NCBI GenBank assembly: GCA_044892505.1
Contig: CM097883.1
Coordinates: 373,550,001 to 373,614,000 of the forward strand
Direction: 5' to 3'
Length of the DNA stretch: 64,000 bases
DNA from: Schmidtea nova
Taxonomy: Eukaryota
Shown here: one piece after another, positions 27,201 through 42,200 of the stretch
How positions within the stretch are numbered: the stretch's first letter is position 1
Layout of the letters: the number at the start of each line of letters is the position of its first letter
Made by a program: the position numbers and the translations under genes
Notes under the pieces: generated by a model
What the model saw: only the letters and a program-made list of their open reading frames with translations
What the model was told of the DNA's origin: nothing
The model's database searches: none

Positions 27201-30200
27201 TGCAGCCAATGAAAAATCACTTGATATACTAACACAATTTAAATTATATCGCTCATAGACCATGGATTATATCTTAATTATATTTTAAAAATACTCCGCT
27301 ACAGACCAATAAGAAATTTTACATTTTTATTTATTTTAATTAATAATAATAATTAAAAATTAAATTAATTTATATTAATTAAAAATATTAAATGATAAAA
27401 AATTACGTTAAAATTTTAAAAATACAAAAAAAATACAAAAGTTATGGATGTACGCACAATGGTAATTATATTACTATAATTACTAAGACAATGTTTATTT
27501 AATAAATAAAATTTACAAAACAAATCGGTTAAGTTTTACAACATTTTTTTCTATATGCTGATGCGATTTTTCTGAACAATTGAAAGTTATACAGTTTATA
27601 TTTTGTTCTAACTCATTTTCTTTTGCTAACCTTGAAAGCAGTGTTTCATTCAGACTTCCGAAATAGAACAGCTGGAGAATAGCATAGCAAATAAAAAGGA
27701 TGCCTCGCAATTCTTATCTAAATCTGCAATGTCAGTTACAAATTCAGAATCGCCAGCTTTAGATGAATTAGAACAAACACCAGTATCGCAAGCGATAGCT
27801 AGATATTTAGGACTTGAACTTACCCCCGAAGGTAAGGCTGCTCGTCGCAACAGAGGAATAGCAATGGTAGTCATTGGTAGTCCTATGTCGGGCAAGACAG
27901 GTTTCGCAAATAATTTTTCATACAACATTAAAGATTTATTTTTAAAGATACTGCCCAATATCTTGCAGACAAATATTCCGCTGCTCTTTTAACAGTTGAT
28001 CAAATCATTATGGAAGCTTTGACTAGTGGCTCAACTCCAGCGGCAAAAAAGGCCAGAGATCTTTGTTTAGATGCTGCCCGAAGAAGCGAAGTTTTTGATA
28101 TGGAAGACGGACAGGAAAAGAAATCCGTATTTGATGGGACACAAGGTAAATATCAACGAATACGTCCGCTGGAAAATTATATTCCTTTAAATATAATCAT
28201 AATAATCATAATTTCATTTCACCATTCATAGGAGGTTTGGCAATGTTCAAGCGTTAGTTTATTTTTATTTGGGTTCGATTCTCAGGTTGCTTGCGGGTAG
28301 TGTTTAACGAATTTGCATGGCTCGAAAATAAGATTTGCATGAAGTTTGATTTTTCTTTTCATATTTAGACGTGATTTTTTGTTATGTTTATTTAATTTTA
28401 ACATAGCCATGGCAGAATGAACCTTTTTATATCATTTAGTTACGTTGACTCACTGAAAGCCTCTGGGGTCTAATTTCTTATTAAAAGACGATAATTGCTT
28501 CACATTTTCATAATATCCTTAAGTTCAATTGAGTGTCTGCGGCAATGTCTTTTCCTTTGGGTACCAACTGTGGACATCAGTTTTGGGATCGAAACAAGGG
28601 AGTGGATGACAAACGATTTTTAGAAACAGGAAATTAAAGAAATTTCTCATTAATTAAGATGAACATGTTGGAGAAACTATTAAATGCATAACTAAAAATC
28701 TTCATTCACATTTGTAAGGACTTTTTCATCATCGCTTTCCATGAATGTTCAACATCTTATTTACACATCTTACTACTTTTTGTTATTTTAATAAAAACAC
28801 ATAAATTTGAAATAATATATTAAATGCATAACACAACAAGCATTGCACTGAAATAATTAAAAACAAAGGCCAAACCAAAATTATATTCTGCACAATATAT
28901 TTCGAGATGTTCCTTTCCATAACTGTCTTTCCTGTACTCGAGATTTAGACCATTGTCAATTGATGATGGGTTTGATCTTCAATCATAATGTTGTTTATAA
29001 ATATGGGAATATTTATAAAATATTTTTTAAAAAAGAATATGGTTTTTGAAAGATTAATTTATTTAAATTGAAAAATAATTTTATGTTTTGGCGTTTTTAT
29101 AAAATTATAACTTACATTTAAAAAAAAATTGATTAATTTTTTGAAAATCGATTTATATTGGAATGGTTGACTGAATAGACGAGAAGTTTCTCGAAATATA
29201 TTGTGTAGGATATAATTTTGGATTGGTGTTTGTTTTTAATATGTTAAATATTTAGTTTATATTAAAAGTTATTTTTGTTATTTACAATTTAAATCATTTA
29301 TTTATATTTTATCGATAAAATAATACTAAAAATATTATTAAATACAACTAAGTTAAAATTTTTCGAGAATCCAATGTTAGTTTATAAGGTTTCTCATTTG
29401 ATAGTATGATCTTTGCATCAGATAGTTTTAATATTTCATATATTAGTATTTTTTGGTAAATGTAATAATTTATATATAATTGTTTTATTATTTTTAATAC
29501 AAAATAAAAGTATAAGTGACCAAATAACAAAAGATAAGGGATATAAATTTATTTTGTATTACAATTCAGATAATAAATTATCATAATTACCCAAAAATAT
29601 CAATAAATGAAATATTAACACTATCTAATGCAAAGGTCATACTATCAAATGAGAAACTTTATATTGAAAATGCAAACCACTCCTTATTTTACTCATTGAT
29701 ATTATACTAAAATTCTTTTGTTAGGAAATTTAAAATAAAAAAATGTAAAAATATATAATTTCCTTGTTAAAAAAATTCACTCATTTCTATTATAATACCT
29801 GTAATCAAGTTTATTCGGCACTTATACACTTTATCCTTCTAAATTAAATAATTAAATAAAAATAAATCAATGTTATATTAATTTTATATTAATCTTTATA
29901 ATAATTTTATATTGTATCCATGGAACCTGATACACTTGATTCGTTGACTTCTAGAGTTTTTCCTGCCGATGAAAGCCAAATCATCGTCAGTTTCTTTTGC
30001 TCAGTTTCTTTTGCTCAGGATCTTGGTTTATTTGAAATCAACGAATCACAATTGGTTCGTCGTAAATACAACATGGGTCATGTCGCAAGGGACCAGTGGG
30101 TTTTCGGCGGAATAAATGTGGAAAATAAAGTAGTTTTTATTGTTCCAGTAGATCAGAGAAACCCGGAAACTCTTCGTTCCCTCGTTATCTGATATTTAAG

Positions 30201-33200
30201 GTCCGGAATTATAATTCACTCTGATTAATGGGCTGGTTATTGGGACTTTCCGAACTCGGTTACGTGCATTTGGTGGTTAACCACAAAGAACATTTTGTAG
30301 ATCCTCAAACTGGGGCTACTACTAACCACCAAGAATCGTGGTGGCAGAAAGTAAAAATGGGTACTGTTAAAAGATATGGGACTCACCGTTCGACGCTAGG
30401 ATTTCATTTGGCGGAGTTTTTATGGCGACAAAGATTTGAAAAGTTTCTGACCATTTCTATTGAGCATATAAAATAAGTTTATAATAATATTTCAAACAGC
30501 CCTACTAAATAAATTGATTTATTTTAATTTAATTATTTAATTTAGGGGGGAGTGTATAAGTGCCGTTTATTCTTGGAGCAAGATTTTTATGTTACCTTGG
30601 TAATAATCTGTTGCGCAAGATTCAAGTCTTCACTCGCGTCTGGAATAGCTCATAACATTAATGAAACCAAGCAGTTATTTTTTACATTTTATTGTGCGCG
30701 CAATCTTTACGACTTTATGAAAATCAAAAAATAATCATTTAACACGCAAATATTCTATCTTAAACGGAAACCAACATATTCACTAGATATAATTATTACA
30801 ATTTCTTTTGGTCTGCGATCATGTTGATATCTTTTCGGCTTTGTAACATTTATGAAACCCTTCGTTATAGACCTGCTATTTGAAAGACCAACTTTTTTCA
30901 TGACCATGTTTATTCGATGCCAATGACATTTTATGTCTCGTTTCTGAATTGGTGTCTGTAGACTGACTCAGAACGGATATATCCAAATGAGTGCGCAAAC
31001 CAAATGCCGCCGTTGCGAAAGTATCAGTCAAATACTCCTTTACTTTCATGACTTATTTTTTGAATTATTTCTTATTTCTTAGAAACACTTCTAGATAGAC
31101 TTGCTCTGTAAGTTTAAAGTGGTCAATGGTTCACTTTCCGAAAATTCAAGTTTTCTTCGTAATTCTCCCCCTTCAGAGTTTAATAATGTTGTCAATTTTG
31201 TTATGCCATGCAAAAATGCTATATTATTGAAAACCATTTTAATATTTGTATTTATAAATATTATTGCCATCAACATCTATTTGTATTATGAGTGGTCTTT
31301 AGGTTCCGTTGTGGGAATAACTGCTTTACATAATATGATGCAAGCCTCACATAACAGAAAAACAAGTACCGTTTCAAACGTGGGCCGCCATGCATCGAAA
31401 CAAGCTAGTTCCAATAAAGACCATGCAACCGAGAAGACTGATTCAAATACCTACCTTGTCAGTTATATATTTTATATGAAATGCCTATATTTGTTCATTA
31501 GCTTTGTTCAAGTCCACCTCCATTGGCAGGGCCGCCAATGATGAAATTAAACATTCAAATACCCGGAGAGAACTTAAGTCTTGTGAATTGTATACTTCCG
31601 GATGAAGTGATAATAGAGGTCCTCAGTGAACGGTTAATGCTTAACGATTGCCAAAAAGGAATCGTATTCGATGGACTAGACTGCATCTTCAGCCAAAGTC
31701 AGTCGTGTACTGCACAATTGATTCTCCATTCATTAAACAATAGACGATTTTTGTATTTTATTACTCTGAAAAAAGATTTCAAATCCATAAAAGAAGAAGA
31801 AAACGACCAAGAAGAACTGAAAAAGGTTTTGAAAGCAAAACAAGAGCAAGAAGAACTTATTTGGATGCAAGAAATGACAGAAGAAGAATATGAAATGTTA
31901 GACGAAGAAACTAGACACAAACTGGAAGAAAAGCGTATTAAACCTCGAAAAGAAAGAATGAAACAAGAAAAGGAAGAAAGGGAAAAAGAACGCATATTAC
32001 AGGAACAAGAAGCAGAACTACAAAGACTTAATAATGACAAGTATTATATAACGGTTACTAATTGCATATAATGATTATTTCTAAGAGCAAAGCCTAAAGG
32101 CGGCAAAAAGCAAGCTGCAATTGATGATCGCGGGAAATCTAAAACCGGCAAAGAGACATCAATGGGGAAAAATACACGTGAAAATACCACATTAACCAAG
32201 GAGCCAGCTGTAGCTGCAATAGACAAACACGTTCCGGAAAGGCCCGACTCCCACATGACGGAAATGTCTAACGAAGCGGACGACATGTACGTGATTTTTA
32301 ATGTGCATTTATTTATGATTATTTCTCTGCTTCTGTTTAATTTTCTATTGTATCTTTATCTATTTTTCAGGAAAAAAAAGAAAATCAAAGTCATGGATAA
32401 AAAGTCTGTGGGGAAAATTGATGAAATTTCAAAAGAATCTCAAGAATCCATGGATGAAATTATGAAAGACCCCAAAAAAGAACAGGAGTGGCTTCTTCAC
32501 CAAAAGTAATAGTTTGATTTTGATAAGAAACATTTAATTGAGTGTTTTAAAAGATTCAAAACCTTTGATACTGAATACAAACAAATCAGTGATATTGTTT
32601 CATTGTGGGATCGAGCCCATCCACCAATCAAGCCAAATCAGCTCCCAGTCGAGCAGCATGCAGAAAACATAAATGAGGAGAATGCTTCCAATCCATTAAA
32701 ACGTGTTGGACGAACAACAGTATTCAATAAAAGAATCAAAGATCATGGACAAAATTCAGGCCAAGCTCCTCCACATACTCCTGTTCATGATGAGAATCCA
32801 GAACATAATGCCGACATTCTCAATAGTGGTCCAGAAGAGTCGCCAGGTGTTCCAAATATAATCATAGAAGTATCAAAAAAATCCAAATCTGATCGAGAAA
32901 AGATCATTGAACAAAAATTAGAAGACGAATTGCCAAAAATCGATGAAGTGTTAGAAGGTCTTGGTCTTGGTGACAAAGGTCCCCCTATCCCACCACCAGC
33001 AACCTTTAGTATAGTTCAGTATCCTATAAGAAGGCGAGCTCCAAATATGTCGGAAATGATAGGAGAGAATGGACATTATAATTTTATGGGTACATTAGAA
33101 GACAAAGATGAAGAAAAAGGTTTGAAAGATATAATGGAAAGAGACGAGGAGAAAATCTTTGAAAAGGTAATTTTAAATAATATTTATTTTACAAATACTA

Positions 33201-36200
33201 TCATTATATTTGATGTAATTAATTATTAAAATAGATAAAAGAAGAAACGAATATTCAAGCATCAACAACCAAACCAATCCGTCCTAAAAAAAGTGAAGTT
33301 ATAGTCAAAGAAAAGAATTCCAAAGATAGAAAGAGTTCAGGTAAAAAGTCTAATTTATCAAGTTCTATCAGACGAGGATCTCAGTCAGCCACGTCCGCAA
33401 GTAGCATTCCCACTCCGATATCTGATGACGGATTCAAGTTTGTGCTTTCCATCTTTACTAATCCTTCAGTAATGGAATAATAGAATGCAAGTCTATCGGT
33501 GGATCATTCAGCCAGACTCAGAAATTAACCTACGACTGCGATTCAAATCTGACGAATTAGGTCAATTCGACCAATCGTTCAATTTTGAAATTCTCGATAC
33601 CCGTAGAAAGTATCAAGTATTTTGTCGAGGTATTTGTGCCTTCCCGAATATTAGTAAAGAACCAAGAATCGTATTCCCACATCGGAAGAGAAACAGAGAA
33701 AGCAATGAAATAGTTCACAGAAAATATGTTTTAGAAGAGGAAGTTTTTGAGTTTGGGCCACTGCTTATTCAGAAAGATAAACAGAGGTATGTTTTATTGC
33801 ACTGTAATATTGAGTCTAACACATTTCCTTGTATATCTTAGTATACAAATATTATAAATGATGGGTTATTAGTTTCGGTAGGAATTAATTGTGGTTCTGA
33901 CTTCTCGAGTCCTTTAGATAATAACAAAGATCCAACAAATTATAACTTTATTTGACAAATAACAAATTCTCTTAACAACTTCGATACATATTATACTTTC
34001 TTTACACACAAACGTAAAATCACTCCTTCGACAAACTGGTAAATTTGACTGAAATTAGTTTGCTTAAGTACCAAACCCAATCAATGTGAGAAAAGAAGGA
34101 AAACCGACAATCATTTACGTTTGTCATACTAAATCCTCATCTTAAATAAAGCTGCTACGAAGAAATCACCATTTTATACTAAATCTTTATCTTCTAGGTG
34201 TTTCCCTTTTTGACTTTGACAAGTCATTTTCCGGCTTGTCCAATATGACAATTTGCATTTTTCTCCATAATGACTGATGAGATTACTCTGATGAATAATG
34301 AGATTTATTAATTTATATCTTTTCTCTAGTCTCTCTCAGGGACCAACAATTAATTAAAAGTTATTTTATTCGTTTTCAACTTTAAATTTGCCATCGATAT
34401 CCATTTCACCCAAGAACAATATTGATTTTTACCCTTTTAAAATTTTAATTAATAATTAATTTATATTGCACATTTCTCGTTTCTTTTTAATTTTGTGCGC
34501 TTATGTATAACTCCAACATAAATATTATTAGACGGTGATATTAAAAATCAAATTTTAAAATCAAATATTTTCATAATTGTATGACTAAAGATCAATTTTT
34601 TGGTTGTTAAGTACACGATATTTCGGTAGTCTTTATCAAATGTGTATTTCAATCATTATATTAATTCAATCCTAAATAGTAAATTTAATTATTTATTTTA
34701 TATTTTATATATATTTTTAATATTTAATTGGATTAAATTAAATTAATATTTATCCAATAAAATAATTTTTAAAATATAAAAATAAATAATTAAATTTACT
34801 ATTTAGGATCAAGTTAATATAACTATTGAAATACAAACTTGATAAAGGCTGTGCCGAAATATTGTGTACTTAACAACCAAAAGAAATTTCGATCTTTAGT
34901 CATACAATTATAAAAATTATTGATTTAAATAAAAAGAGATCAAAAGTGAAACCAAAAGATAAGTTTAATATTGTAAAAAGTTATTAAAGATAAAGACTTT
35001 CATTAAGAAATTGTTATCTCAAAATTACAGTTAAGTGAATTTGAAAAATCGAATACTTCAAAGTTTACGAGAATAAAAGTGATCAAATATATAGCTAACG
35101 AAATCACTGAAGTTTTGCGTAAAAACGTCTAATATTAAGGAGGATAAAAAATAATCGTGTAAAGAATGGATATGAGGAAATTGTCAACTGAGATACTGAT
35201 CTGATAAGAGTATCACTGGGGTTCAAACAGTGGCGGATTGTACGGTAAGCGGACTAAGTCTAGCCAAAAAAGGCCGATTGTGTTCAATGTTTAAGGTAAA
35301 CATTATTTTATAACATTATTTTATGACTTGTATTCAATTTTATGTCGAATTTTATTTACTAGCATCAGAAACCAAAATGTATCGTCTCTTCACCAAAAGT
35401 AAAAATAGTTTTTTTAGGGCCCCGTTTTTTTACCGCTTAGGGCTCCCATTTTACTTGACCCGCCTCTGGGCTCAGGACAATTATCAGGTTTTTGATAAAT
35501 AAAATATTTAGCCATTACAATATCAATTTCCGTTGTATGTACGCGCCTTACGTAACGTAAGTAACAACTTTATTTATTATTGTAAATAGTATATTATATT
35601 TAATTATATTAGTATTATTAATTATCATTATCTGAGATTGACAAGGATTATTTTATAATCGAAAATTTTCTCACTTAATAAAATTATTTTTGCAGCAAAG
35701 GCTTATTTTGTTACTTATTTATTAATTTATATCATTATTGTTATGATAAAAATGGATAAACTAGACTTAAAATTAATTTCAGTAAAATATTTCATCTTTG
35801 TCACAAATAATTTATCTTCAATTTCAGTTTTCTTTTTTCACTTATGTTTTCCCTATCAATAATATTTGAAATTATAATTTTATATTTAACACTCATTTTC
35901 GATTAATTATTTTTTGACAAATTTAAATTTATTTAAAGTGATAAAAATAAAAAATTTTCATATCGAAAAAATGATGACACATTTTTAATAAAAACACGAA
36001 CTCAATACAAATGAAATATAGTTCATGGGAATTATCCTCATCATAATCTGTGTCACGTGTTGTATATGAAAACAATAATGACGTAATTAATATGATTTAT
36101 TGGGCTAATTAAATAATTTCAATGAAGCAGTTGCTGATTGAAAGTTAATTTTAGGGGATTGGATTTAGTTGTATTACAACTTCAGCAAATGAATTTATAG

Positions 36201-39200
36201 ATTTTATGTAAATTAATTTATTCTGATATTTTTTAAATAAAACTTGTTTCAGTGGATATAACACTCAAAGACAAAGTAGCAAACCAATAATATATCTATA
36301 TCATCCTTGTTCAAAAAAATACTACGTCCCAAAAAACAAAAACTCCGCAACATAGACTTACTTGTCCATATTCGCCGAACTTTCAACAACTCTTCCCCGT
36401 AACATTACAACTTAAGAAATTCCAAACACCAAAAGTGACTTTGAGCATCTCCCGATTTTCTATCAAATGTTTTTGTCTTTGAAAAAAACATTGTTTTATA
36501 AACTCGCTTGGCTAAGCTTGTCCAGGTACATTTACTAAACAAACTACTCCAACTTTTACCAGACTGGTTTAAAAATTCCATACACAGATCAGCCTTTGGA
36601 ACTTCATTCATTAAAAAATAGAATCTTTCTATTAACATTCAGCTCTCATAAATTACAGCCTTTTTGCTTTTTTTATCCATTCCTTTGTTTGCTTGGTTAT
36701 TTTCTCTAAAATAGGTAGTGCTCAAAATTCGTGTTAAATATAAAATTTATGCAAATTTCTTAATGTGAAATAGCAGTCTGGATGGAAAAATCGTTTCTCC
36801 TAGCGGAGGCACAGAATGACCATTCGTTATCATAATAATATGACTCATCTTGTAGGATCTTGGCCGGAAGATATCCAGAAAATATGGAACAAATTATGAT
36901 AAAAAATTCGTCACCAATGTTAGCAGAAATCAATTTTAGCTTTCTCAATGACGCAAACAATGACCGGTTCTTATTAGATCCTCTAAATATGACTCTTCAA
37001 CCAGAAGAATCGCAAAAATTAAACCTTTGGGCTTTTCCAAGATTCGCCCAGAAATTTGACGATGCAATAATCTGTTGTGTGAAAGAAAATCCTGAACCCG
37101 TTATCTACAAGATTTCATGTCTTGGAGTGTCACCTTTGGTTGAATTAGACACAAAAGTCATCCATTTTGACAAAGTTCTTCTTCACAGGTATATAACCCT
37201 CAATTATATAAAATACATCTATCTCAACAATATGCATTTGAAGGAAAGACATGAAAAGCGTTTACTTGCGTAACAGTACAGCTCTCCCAGTACACTGGAG
37301 GATTACCGGACTCGAGAGTCTAGGCGACGAATTCTCGTTCGCTCAAGATGGAGGAACAATTGAACCGCTTTCCGAGTTTAAACTGAATGCCTATTTCCGC
37401 GCTATGAAACCGTATAAAGCGAATACAAAAAAGAATATTAGACTCGAAATATCAGATGTGGATGAGTTGGCGGGAATACTGCAGACAGAAACTGTGCAAA
37501 TCCTTGCCGAAGCATACGACGTGGCACTGGATATGAGTTTTCCTAAAGGTTAATGTTTTATTTATAATTTTCCTTTTGAAATATCTCTATGCCTTCATAC
37601 ATTTCTTTAGTTGGAATTATACCAGGGAACAGTTATATATCAAGACAAGTTCCAATATAAGTTTGGAAAAAAGCTTTATTGTGTCTGAAAATTTTGATAT
37701 CAACTTTTTAAATTCCACATTTATTAGTCTGAGAATGATTATAGAAATACATAATGTTACATTATATGTGTTTATAATCTCATTAAAATTATTTATATAA
37801 ATTTACAATTACAGGAATACCTCGAACAGTACGGTTAATCGGTTCTGGAATTTAGCCGTACTATTTGAAACTGGACTATTCGAGGCATTCTGGCGCTAAT
37901 AAATTTACGGCTCAGTACCCCTATTAAGAAATTTAAAAATCGTGATTATAATCTAGTAAACAAAAAATATTTTGTTATGTATTTTTATTTTTCTGATATT
38001 CAAGAGCAAAACAAGCATATTTAACACAGTTGTACATTTAAATATATATTTATTGAAATTTATAAGCCGGCAATACCAATTCATTGCAACTTAATCAAAA
38101 AAAAGAATTTATTTCATATTAAAAATATTAAAAATAGCTGATGAAAAACAAGTAAATAAAATTAAATAAACACAACAATTTAATTTAAAAAAGATCAACA
38201 AAAGCAATTCACTTAAATTCTAATGTTTAGATTCATTTTTCATTGTTAAAAAATTTCAATAACGATGTCTGAACTTTTTTTGGTCGTTTCTCCTCATACA
38301 ATTTTTCACAATTTTCCGATTTCATTCCCATTTTTTTTCCTACTTTAGCAAACGAAGCCCCTTCCTCATGAAGTTTAATAACGCTAAGCTTCTGTTCTAA
38401 AGTGAGCCAATTGCGTTTTTTGGTTGTGGAGTCACTTTTACACTTTGTTCTGCCACTCATTTTATTTTTTAAATTAAAATCTAAATATATAAAAGTCAAC
38501 ATACTCTACGATTAAAAATATAAAACCAACAACTTTGATCTATTATTGATCTATTGATTTTATAATAACGAATAAATTCTAAAAAATTAATTAAAAAAAA
38601 CTTTTTTAAATTTTGAAAATTTTATTTAATCATTTTAAAAACAATCATATTTTGAAAATTTCAAAACCGTACTATAGAGAAACCGTACTGATCGAAACCG
38701 TACTATGCGAGGTATTCCTGTATACATTATTATGTCATTAAAAATATGTGCAAGTTGTATAAATAAACCAAAAAAACGGTTAGAATGTTAAAATGGATTA
38801 CAACACAAATGTAGATTTTCCTAAAATATTTTACATTACAAAAGAAGATGCTCGTGAATTCATGGAAACGTAGCGATTACGTTTCGAGAATCATTCTTCC
38901 GGTTATAAAGAAAATTATATTTCAGGCAAATAATCAAATTATACTTCTAATTCATAAAATAAATGTTATATAGGGTTTTTCATTTAATAATACGACCGTT
39001 TTCATTAAATAGTGTTAAATTTTCATTTATTAGTGTTTTTTTGGTAATGGTGATAATTTATTTATAATTATTATTTAAATGAATTCAAAACAAAATTAAA
39101 GTATAAGTGATCAAACAACGAAAAATAAGGTATATGCGTTTATTTTGTATTACAATTCACCTAAAAATTAAAATATAAATAAATTATCACAATTACCAAA

Positions 39201-42200
39201 AACAAATAATAAATATATACAGTATAAATGCATTGACTTCGCAATATACAGAAGAATTCAAAATCGAAATTTTCGGTTTAATGAATTTTATTTTTACATT
39301 TAGTACACTAATCCCTCGCCTAACGAATTAATTCGTTCCCAAAAAATTGAACGTAAATCGAAATTTAGCTAAGCGAATTTTTATTTTTATTTTATATTAC
39401 CGATAATTAAAATAAAAATTCGCTTAACGAAATTTTGATTTACGTTCAATTTTTTTGGGAACGAATTAATTCGTTTAGCGAGTGAATGGTGTATTTGAGA
39501 GTCCATTTTTTCAAATGTTATGGCAGTCAGTATTTGCAACCAATAATAATTCACTCGGTAACATTTTTTAATTTAATTATTTAATTTTTATATTAATAAT
39601 TATAAAAATGAATTTATCAATGAATATTAAGCTTTATTCATAACCCAATTTTTATAGTTAAATTTTAAAAACAAATTCTATAATAATTTAAAATCTTTTT
39701 TTAATATAATTTGAATTAAAAAATTATTTTAAATTTGTTTTGATGAATATATTTATTTAGTTATTATTGTGATGCTGTATTTAAAGCATCTGAAGATGAT
39801 AATGATGTTCTAGAAATATATTGCGTGGAACATAATTTTGGATTGGCATTTGTTAATTTCAAAATTATCTACTTTTTTTATTATCCAATCAAAAACCAGA
39901 TAATACAATTAATTTCTAACTATTCTCATTTTTATGTTTTTAAAAAACCTTAAGATTTATTAATTATACTTATAAATGGTTATGCAACTGGAAAACCGTT
40001 TTTATATTATTATTCATTCATATTTTTATGACAAGATCAAAGAAATATTCATAATACTTGAATACTCTTTCTGATCTAGGCTAAAAGCGTTTCTTATAAT
40101 AAATGTTTCCATTTAAAAGTGTTTCATTACATTGTGGAATAAATAAAGATGGGTGAAGATACCTAAATGCTTTTTCAAAAATGTCATCATTATATGACTA
40201 AATGTTAAGATCATAAGTAAACAATATTAAACAATACATTCTGCTGTTTGTGTTAGTCGATTAAAGTTTCTTAGTGACTGCAGCTAGTGCAAAGTAAAGG
40301 TTCACGAGTACCATTTTCGTTTGTGAAACTTTGTTTGATTTTTATAATATATGAACGCTTTATATACTTAGGTGCAAATAACGGACTGGATATGGGAACA
40401 TTGAAGGTTGGCGATGAAACGAAACAAATGATCACATTGAAAAATCGAGGTCCATATGAGATTGAATACAAGTAATGAATCATTAATTGCTGCTACTCAT
40501 TTGCTATCATAAATTTTAATGCTAATATTACAAAAGGTCTTTTTGGGTCTTTTTTTGATCACAAATTCTATTATCATAAGGCTTCATACAATCACATCAT
40601 AAATTTAAGAGACCTACGATCACCAATTTCTTATCCGTGTTGTCTTGAGTAGACAATATTTCCATTTCTTTCAAATCCATATAAATTGGAAAATTTTGAA
40701 GAGATGATGTAAAACCGTTATCAATATGATTAAACTATCATCACGTTGGACAAGAATTGTATTTAACTGTTCAGTTACATTCGATTTTGTAATGGATGGA
40801 TTTGCTCCTAGATATATTGATTTCTGAACATCATAGGAATCGAAGATTCATTGCAGTTTTCGACTGAACTACCTGATATCAATATTAATAATTCTATGGC
40901 CAATTTATCAAAAATAATAGGTTTATCATTTCGTTCCAGTATGAATGTGGCAATCGTACAATCTAGTGGGTTCTTTGAGGAAAAAAACGATATATAAATC
41001 TGAATAAGCATTTTAATCTCCATCATCTCATTGGGGAATTCCTTCATATCAATATGTCAAAATTACTCATAGCTATTTTTTGCACAAAAATTAAAACGCA
41101 AAAGAAAATAATAAAGATTTGAAACGAAAACATTTATTTTCAACAATTTGAACTAAGAAAATCCACTTCAAAAAATTCCAACAAGAAGCAATCGCAATAA
41201 AATTTGAATTTATAATCGAACAACTTCTGTCAAAACTCGAACAGACACAACAACCAAAAATCTACACGCACAAGAACTTCTAGCCACTAATTCCACAACC
41301 ACCAATCCAAATTTACGTAACCAAAACACAACTCGACACACACATTCAATTGATACGTTACAAATAATTAATCATAGAGACAATAAAGATAAAATCATAA
41401 AATGTTCTTAAAAATGTTCTTAAAAATGTTCTATGTAGGTTCGAGTTGGACACATCGGAGAATCGGAAATATGTCTTATCTAACCTATTTACATTGTCTC
41501 CGAGTCAAGGAAAAATGTCTCCTGGAGAAAAAGCTATACAAGTTCAAGTAATAGTTGCCAAATATTATCAATCGAACTGCATATAATTAATAATTTATAG
41601 ATAACATATTGCGCCAAGGAGGAAGTAGTGATCAAAGATGAGCAAATATTAAAATGTCATGTAATTGAACCGAATATTGCAGATCAAGGAGAGGTCATAG
41701 CTATCATTCCGATCAGGATCTCTGCCAGATCATTCTATAGCAAGTGCGTTTTTGATTGATTGCAATTTACAATTATTGTCATATTATTATTTTAGATACC
41801 AAATAACACCAAAAGCTGATATTAATTTTGGATCGGTCACTGTTCAAACTAGAAAGACCAGGCAGATTATTATTGAAAATATTGGGGAATTTGATTTCAG
41901 ATTCAATATAAAAAGTGGAAAACCTTTTCAAAACCTTACAGGGCCTCTTCCAAACTCAAACAAGGAAACTGGTCAAAAAGATTCAGTTGCTATGCAAAAA
42001 TCAAAANNNNNNNNNNNNNNNNNNNNNNNNNNNNNNNNNNNNNNNNNNNNNNNNNNNNNNNNNNNNNNNNNNNNNNNNNNNNNNNNNNNNNNNNNNNNNN
42101 NNNNNNNNNNNNNNNNNNNNNNNNNNNNNNNNNNNNNNNNNNNNNNNNNNNNNNNNNNNNNNNNNNNNNNNNNNNNNNNNNNNNNNNNNNNNNNNNNNNN

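Noticed and set aside
30960-31030. Three-way-junction RNA (GACTGA...TCAGTC)
   Set aside because: Stems are short, there is no ribozyme core and no second copy, and it lies in what may be a decayed LINE RT fragment. Chance is likely.
33341-33362. Possible 22-nt micro-intron
   Set aside because: The frame reads through without it (KSSGKKSNLSSSIRRG), and it would be far below the local intron size.
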